Below are positions 27,601 to 36,600 of a DNA stretch of 64,000 nt, piece by piece (within the stretch, counting starts at the first letter, position 1; each line of letters begins with the position of its first letter). The position numbers were made by a program, and so were the translations under genes. The DNA comes from Phoronis australis (lineage: Eukaryota > Animalia > Phoronida), in contig NMRA01000126.1 in the NCBI GenBank assembly GCA_002633005.1, forward strand, positions 264,979-328,978, read 5' to 3'. Under the pieces are notes generated by a model that ran no database searches, was not told the origin of the DNA, and saw only the letters and a list, made by a program, of their open reading frames with translations.

Positions 27601-30600
27601 GGTTGGATTCAGTGTGAAGAGTCATGGAAAATACACTGGATAACCCTTCCACCAATAGCTGCATGCTGCCAGGAATTGACTAAATACTGCAGTAAGAAAG
27701 GCTGTATCCAGAGGTGCAAATGTTTCCGAACAGGACTTTCTTGTACCGCTCTGTGTAGCTGTGCATGTGACCAGTAACGTCGTTGTAAACGAATTCAGTA
27801 AAGGAATGAATAATAGACAATAGATTCCGAACAATATATTATTGTGTGTTATTATTTTAGCATTAACGTGAAGTTCATGTTCGACTAAGTTTGTGATTTA
27901 TGATTCCCTCCATTTATTTTGTATTTGATGTGCGAGAGCATAGTTTTGTTTCTCGTTAATAAAATGAAATTTGATGTTGTAATTTTTTTGTTTATTTTAT
28001 TAGTAGTTGCCCACATGGTGTTAAAATGCTTCTGAAAATATCAAAAATGAATTCAGCATATCCAAAAACATACAATTTGACAACGTATTTACGAAAATCG
28101 GTTGGGCAGAGACACCAAAGGTGGCCTTTTTGAAAAATGGCCGCCATTTTGGATTTTTAAATGGCTAGTCGGGCAGATCTGTTGAGTATACCTTAGGATG
28201 TCACTATGCCAATTTTGGTGCTTGTATCATCAAATGCATGATTTTTCTACTATATGCCCAGCTATATGCAGTTCGCTTGAAAAACGACGGGGTTTAATTG
28301 CGAAAAGTTTTAGTGACAGTAAATTCCTCAGTAGCGCGAGATCGAGGTTGGCATTCCCGAGGTGCGTTTCATGAAAATGACGTAGTGTAAGACTTAAGAC
28401 AGAAATTTGGTCTTACCCTAGCACTTCACAATTGGTGAATAAAGGTTTAGCAAAGTAATAAAAGCGCATCACGGTCTAGAAATAATTCGTACAGATTATC
28501 TCAGTACCTCGCTTTTATGTGTATTCTCAAAGACTTAAAACGTTTGATCAAATGAGATTGAATCATTTTTCAGAAATTGTTGAGTGGAGCGTGAGACCAA
28601 ATTTCTGGCTTAAGTCGAAAGTCTCTTCATGAAACAGTCCCAGGGCTAGAGTTGTATGACTATCTAGTTCTCCATCACGCGAGTGCTCACACGATGGTCA
28701 TGCTCAACTCGCAACCGTTGGCTCGTGCATTAGTAGTCTCGTGTCATGACTCACGTGCGCAGTGCATTGGGTCTTCGTCTTCCCCTCCGGGGCAGTCGTT
28801 TTTCTGATCACAGATGGCAGTGTGGTTGATACAGGTGGTGTCGTTTGGGCATTCAACTTGGTAATATTCGCACCTGGAAGGTGGCAACAACAATAGCGCA
28901 ACATCGGGTGCATCATTTACAGGTGTTGTTGTTTCATCTGTTGCCGGTGTTCTGGTTGTTTTTGACTGAGCTGTAACATCACAAAGAAGTGCCTTAAATT
29001 TCTCGTTAAGGCATAGTACTCGTTCTGTCTTGGATATTTAAGGTCACTGGATACCATCGTTACCAAGGACCACATTTGTAAGTCTGGGTTCATTAACATA
29101 AATAGTCAATTAGCTTTGATTAGAAATTTACTTATATTCCACTTTTGTTAGCTTTAACGCGTACCATTGTCAGAGGTAGTCTGTCCCTTTTCTGATTTCA
29201 ACCCATCGCTTGACCCGATATTCGTTGTATTTGGGCCTATGGTAACCTTTATTTGCGATGCGGAAGGCACTGAAAAAAATCGTGGATGCTGTTACCGAGT
29301 TGGTTGCAAATATTCAAGTACATACAGATTATTATGTGGCGAAGTCGTTATCCCCCGTAATCTAGAGCCCGAGTGAATTTTGGAGAATTATCGCCCGGGG
29401 ATGTTAATTCTACAAAATTCACGAGAGCTCTAGATAAGGGGGATAACGACTGAGAACATGTAATAATTTATTTATACCACATACTGAACAAGAAACATTG
29501 CAAAGAATCGATCAACCTTTCTCAACTCCCCTCGGCTTTGTAACTACTTTCTATGTCAGAGGTCTGGGGTCAGAGGTCGTGACTTTTTAAGAAAAGCAAA
29601 ATAATATTTTTACTCAAAACCAATTGGACATTTAAACAAAATATAAATAAAGTGAATCTATAAATTAAGTTTTAGCAACTAGTGTAGCTTACTACATGTT
29701 TTATCACGCTAAGCTTCGACCGTGAAAATATCGTCTGCTAAAGTAAGTTACCATTGCTTACTGAGTATAATGCCCAAGTTAAAGAATACCGCCGACACGA
29801 TACCCGCATTCAAGTTGGAGATCGATGCTTTACAAGTGAGAGAAAACGAGATATAAATTTAACTGAATTAAAATATGGTTTTCATGGAAATTATGCGTCT
29901 AACTTTTCATAGCCTATAAATGTCGGTACAATGCCCTTTGTTGAACATGCAATTATTGCGCGTGCTCACTTCTAAGTATTCTATTTTCACGTTCGAAGGC
30001 GTCAGCTACTGAGTGGTGCAGTGTTAAAGTCGACGACTCGAAACTCTTGCGGAGCAGGTTCGAAATCTACATATCAAATGGGCCACATTGACATGAAAAA
30101 TTCATTTCGTGTGCAACATGAAGACACACATGCGCGGGCGTGGGCGTGCGCGGACGCGCACACACGCACAAAGATATTTCGAGAAATACTCTGAAACACG
30201 AGTGCCATAAATGCATTTTATTGGGAACTTATAGCATTTTGTGATGTCCAAGAATACTTTTGCAAGGCACAAAATTTAGGAAATGTGCCACTGTTGACTT
30301 TAATTGCAGAGAAACGGACAATAGATTTACTCAGACTGGCTCAGTCGTATCTCATGCACCACACAACGAACATTTTCATTAAACTGTAGTTGCATCCTAC
30401 GTTCAAATCAAACACTATTTCACATTATTTCCAACGCAGCAGTACAAACAGCTTTTGTAGTTGTTCTACCTTGGCGCATGAAATGTCCTCTCGACATTTG
30501 CCCTTTAGCTGTGTTCCGTAACTCAACTAAAAATTATTGTTCTCTGTAATGAGAGTTAACTTCAACACCTTTCTAATATTTACGCCCTGAAAAGCAATTA

Positions 30601-33600
30601 CAAAACTTTGAATTCCTGAAAATGAAAAACACTCTTAGTTCCAGTAAAACCAAATCTTGGTACTATTACATAGGCGGATTTAGGGGGAGGGCCAGGGAGC
30701 CCGCTCCCCCCCCCCGCTCCCCCTCCCTTGGCTGCCGCAAAAAAGTAAAACAGCAAGAGCGTAGGGAAATGTTGAGTTTATTAATTAACCCCGGTAATTA
30801 AAATTATACGGATGAAACAAGATTTAAATGTGTGCAGTTTTAGTGTTGGGGGGATGGCTCAGATCCAATTTCAAGTGTCAAATTCGGAACACGGCGCAAT
30901 CGTAACGGAACTATGGCTAAGGATTGGCTCTCTGCTCTCTCGCGATATCCCAGGCGACCGGCAGTGGCGCTGCGCATTACGACTCCGTTTCGGTCCTCTG
31001 CTCCACAGGCGTCCTCAGCTTCTGATCGTCCCCAATACACTACATATAATACTACAAGGTATGACACTCCCGACTAGAAATTCCACGGGTGCTTCACTTC
31101 AGCCGTCCATAGCAAACATAATACTCAATAAATTTACACAAAACAGGGGTTCAACAAACCATGAAGAATTGTTCTTTCTCCCAATACCATTCACGGTGTC
31201 CTGTTACGGCGACTTCGTAAGAAATTCGCAGTCAAAGAACAAAAATGTTCACAAAAACCCCCCACACACGTNGAGTTTTATGTTTGCTAGGGACGGCTGA
31301 AGTGAAGCACCCATGGAATTTCTAGTCGGGAGTGTCATACCTTGTAGTATTATATGTAGTGTATTGGGGACGATCAGAAGCTGAGGACGCCTGTGGTCTG
31401 CTCCACTGTGCAATGAAGAAAATTACTTCATTTTTTAAAGAAAATGGAACCTGAGTGACGATGAAAAAACAGAAGCTGCTGGTAAGATGTGGATTTTAAT
31501 CGAAGCCTGAGTGCATCACTCAAAAACTCATAATTCTCTCTTTGTCAAACCTTAACTTAATACGATTTCCAAAGCAATCCCGGGCGTCGTTATTGCCAAC
31601 ACGAAAAACGGATTTGGTCTTTTGGGCAATTGAAGACTATTTTAAATACAACAAATTCGTTATGAACCGATTGCACAAAATACAAAACGTGTAATAAGCA
31701 TTACAAAAAAGTAGGTTTCGCGCGTAAACGCTGTGGACCATAAACAAGAAGGTCTCTTAGTCACAAATGAGGAGCGAAATCCTGGTGGTGTAGTGGCAAA
31801 GCGCGCGAGCTATACCCACTAGGTCGTGAGTTCGAGTCTGTGGAATTTGCAAGTTTCTTGTTTTTTCCTTTTTTCTTGGATAATACTTCAGGAATCAAGG
31901 AAAATGCTTGATTTTTAGAGGAAACAACAGAAAATTTTCCGACCTCCCCCCCATTCGGTGGTGTGCTTACGGACAAAATGTTGCTCCCCCCTTGTGATAT
32001 CCTAGACCCGCCACTGCTATTAGACTATTTTATTATCTTGTTGGGACAGACCATAAACAACTGTGAATTCCGAACATCAACGTCTGTACCTAGACTATTT
32101 CAAGGTTTCTCAGAACCTCGGCTCGCGCAAAATCAATAAAAGTGTAAGTGGCAATGTGTTGGTCTTTAAAGATATTGGGCCAGGCTTAGCATTCCAGAAG
32201 TGAACAACAAAAGAGTGGATAAACTGACATTTCATTACCTTGTAGGCTTACTTACTTGAAAAGTACACACCAAGCCCTACAGTTACGGCGATTGCGGATG
32301 CGCAGACGATAAATAAAATGATTGCCAGCTTCTTAGGGTTACGGCCGTCATCGATGGCACGAATGCTATCTTTTTCGTCCACATGTTTTTCATCGTCTTC
32401 TCCAATGGTCACCTGTGGCCGGAAAAAGAAAGAAATGGCTATTTGTCTTGTTATTACATCTACATGTAATTGTACTTGTGACAGTGCTTATCATAACGGT
32501 GACTGCCACCATCACTTATTATCGTCATAATGGTTGTCGTCGTTCCCGTCGTTAGACAAGTCAGTGCTTTTCTGGCAATATTCTAACAGATGGCGTATAC
32601 GCGTATTTTTAAATGACCATGTACCTACATCCGAAATAATGCGTTTTGTTTTTTTTTTACGTTACTAACAAGAATACAATAGTTCATTCGAAATGATTGA
32701 CCATAAACTGCATTGTTCCACGGTGTATCTGTCGAAATGCATTCATCTGATGGGTGTCGATGACGTCTTAGTCTTCTATTTTCATCTCGTTGTCACAATC
32801 TTCCAGTCACGGAGTTGTTTATTGACGTGCACACAGACCACATGTACTCATCCGAAAGATTTCAACTCAGGCTCTCTGATTATTGTTATTTGCCTGTAGT
32901 TGGCGCACAATTCAGCCGTGTTTTCTTTTTAGCGAGTCGACGTCGCAACAACAACACGTATCGTTAGTTTCACTCGTTAGCATTTTTATAGTCCTAATAG
33001 ACTACATTCTCTGGCCACGCAGACAATTGATAACTTGCAAGTGCCACCTTAATTATGTTTTTATGGGGCTCTTTGGCTCGTTCTTTGTATTTTTTCTTGT
33101 AATAAGTTAATAGTGGCTTCAGTACAGGTCAACATTGAAAGTTTTTTTTTAAAGATTAGGTCACGATTCATTCGCATGTTATGGTCAATTTGCGCAACGC
33201 AGAGCGTCGATATTCATTCGCCCATCGTGTGCATCGCACATACCGCTAGATATTAGGGATGGTAATTATTGAAACATCCTTCTAAAGTGAGCAATGTCAG
33301 TAAACTTAAAATCGATCGCCTATAGGGGATGCAAACCAAGTCATGAGTGCTCTTCTAAGCAGGCACTTACCACCTTTTTATTGATGATTCTTTAGGACGT
33401 TTGTAGGATAGGGAGGTGGGCGAAAAAGAAAAGGCGCAAAAAATGAAGTGCCACTAAGGGCCGCAACATAGGACTAATCTAAAAGTGCAGTACTCTCGGT
33501 AAAAGATTGTTTTATTTGACACTGAACTTTCATGAACAACCATAAAGAAACTTCGTAGATATTAAAGCAAACGCTAACAAAATTGCCATTAAGCGATTCC

Positions 33601-36600
33601 GAAGAAGTTAGATTTGTCCCAAAACCCACGTTAGATGTACTCTTCTAAGAAGAAACACATGCCGAATTACCTGAAGATTCGTCAAAGCAACTGTGGTGAG
33701 CCACAGGTAAAAATAAATAGCCACAAGAATGAGCCATAGCCTTGCACATCCCAGAATTAAGACATGCCAAATTTATAACGATCCTTAGGCCGATAGAGAG
33801 GCAGGTGTCAACTCGAAAATTGTAAAATCAGTCACTAGGTGGCGCAGAATATGTCAATTCTATCCGTAAAGAAGAAGACAACGTCGTCACCTTAAATGCG
33901 AAGGCAACCTTTTTTCATGTCATTTTTAGCAAAAATAGGATTCGTTGATTATCCCAGACATATTTTTCACTTATTTACAGCTTTTCGTAATTTAATTAAT
34001 TACTCGTCGTCTACTCCGGAAGTGACGTTTTGGGAGGCAAGAATTTCGCGCCAATTTCTTTTCATACAGTCTGACTGTGAGAGCAGTCGAGTCAGTCACT
34101 GTTGAGGCGGACGAACTCAAAATTATTTTTATGGGTTTTGGCCATCTTGGATTTTAGCAGCATAGGTTACGAATTTAAAGGTGCTTAAACATTATTTTCA
34201 CAAACATTCTAACATTAAAATTCAGTGACACGTATCCTTACCTACCATTCTGTACAATCCAAAAGTTTACTCCACAATTTAATCACACAGATGTAACTTA
34301 TTGAGTGGTTAAAGTGCTCACAATGTACGTTGGACAACATGGCGGCTTTTGCTGAACTAGAAGGTATGTTCAACCGGCTACACTGTCATCGGTGAAGATT
34401 TAACCATAACACAATTGAGGACACGCTAATACAAAAAGCAGTTTTGTAAAATTTCCGGTGTTTGTGCCATAACTATTATGAATATTCTATTTATTTCAAT
34501 GGGAAGTGCCCATCCAGTTGACCTTGCACTCTGTTAAATATAGTTGAATTGTTTTGAAATCGTTTTTTGTTTGAAAGTCAACTTTTCTTCAAGGTATGAT
34601 TATGTGCCACAATAGAAAAATATTTTTCTAAATTTTTATGCATAAATTGTGCTTTTAGTTCATGTTTTTTAACTAGCTACTTTCTACTTCAGGAAGGATT
34701 ACATCAAAGCAACAAACAAATGAAAGTGGTTACATTTGGGTTATGAAGTTTGAAGCTTACTTGGCTCCTGCAGCCTCATACCTTCATATTTTTATTATTA
34801 TGCTTGTCAGTTTCTAGTTTAGGAGGAACAATTTTATGGTACTCAGTCGCCATGGTAACAATTATGTTTGCCCGCTTTCATACTTAACTTGATTCTGGTT
34901 TAGCCTTATTGCTGAAATTCTAAGTTTCCTATTGTGGCAAAAGGCTGTTAGGATCATTTTAGTTTAAAAATTTATTTGTCGTGAGATCACTTTGCTAGAT
35001 GTAAGCCTTAGTTACATGCAGAATGACAATTTGAAACCCGTGTAATATTTTTAAGAGATGTCATTTTTATCTCTTGTGGAAGTGTGACAACAAGTGACAA
35101 AATCAGTTTTGGGTGGAATCTATTGACCAATTACCATCCCGCAAAAATGACAAAACTCGGATTACCAGGGCACAATATCAGTTAGCAGCTGACGAGGGCA
35201 CAGGTTAGACATATGAACGGTTTCCAAAATGCTTAACCTGTCACTGGTGGGGCAGCACAGGTAAGAATCGTTCGAAAACATGCGTGTAAATGATATTAGT
35301 TTTTGGCCAAATTAGAAGTAAGAAGTGGAAAACAAAAGTGACGCTAGAGTGCAGCCTGTAAACGACGTTTCGATATGTATCAAAGTCATCCACAGGTACA
35401 CTAGTACACAGAAGACAAAATATTGTAACAGAATGTTGGATTAATATCGAAATAATGTCGTTTCAAACATGCTTGTGCCATCGTTTCCACGATGGAAACG
35501 TTTTGGCCAAATTTCTTGAAATTTCACCGAAGAAATCTAGTTATAGAAACTGCCACCAGCGAGCCAACAGTTGTGAGAATTATCTAAAAAGTGACGACGA
35601 CTGATTTGATCACCATAGAGACATATTTGCAAAAATTAATGAAGCCCCTTTATGAGGTTTACGAGATACAATTGCATACTGCCGTAGTCAGGCACTGTAA
35701 AATAGGCGATGGTATATCCTTTATATCGGCTGTTACTTGAAAATAAACAAAAAGTCCATTTTTTATCTTAGTCAGACGGAAAACTTATGGAAAATATTAT
35801 TGGAAATGACCAGCACCCCGCATACTGGCCCACAGAGCACCTCAAAATGGCTAAAAATCAAATACACAAAATTAGGCACAATTTACCGAAATTTGACACT
35901 CCAGTGAAGGTTAACGGAAACTCCTTTAAAAATGCGAAGACTGTCTTCTGATAGAGAGGTTTAGTTTCTACATAAACATGATAAAGATTTTTGCTTTCCC
36001 GTTCTTTTAAGCCGTTTCAAAACAATAACTGAACCTTTTGGAACCAAAAATGAGCTATTCTAGGCTAAAATATTCATAATGCTCTAACTTAAAAAATAAT
36101 GGCCTGAAAATTTTCAAATAAACGTTTTGAACATATTTCACCAGGATGTATGAACAAGCAGTTTTTTTAATATCTGAGTCGGTGCCCTAGAGACGACCTT
36201 TTGGTGATCTCGAGGGAATGACAGTTAAAACAACTCATGTTTGGAATATCACATTCTGAACTCTGCTGACTTTAAGTCGATCATTACTCATTTGTCTGAA
36301 AAGGACGCTCGCAAATGCACGTGTTAAATGTTTTATAAAACAATTTAATTAACATGAGTCCGTTCCGTAGATGCGAAAAATTCATGAAAATCACGCAAAA
36401 CCACACAAAATATTGCGCGTGAAGTAGAATTTATAATCTACCCTTGTATGGTGCTTTCTAGGGTACTCTAACAGTATGCGGCCACTGAAATGATTGGTCG
36501 GTGAGGTTGGAATGCTGACTTATGGCATAGAAATCACTAAGGTGTTCCGACCCATAAGCAAATATTTCTTCTAGCAAGTCCTTTGCCAATGTTTTGGATC

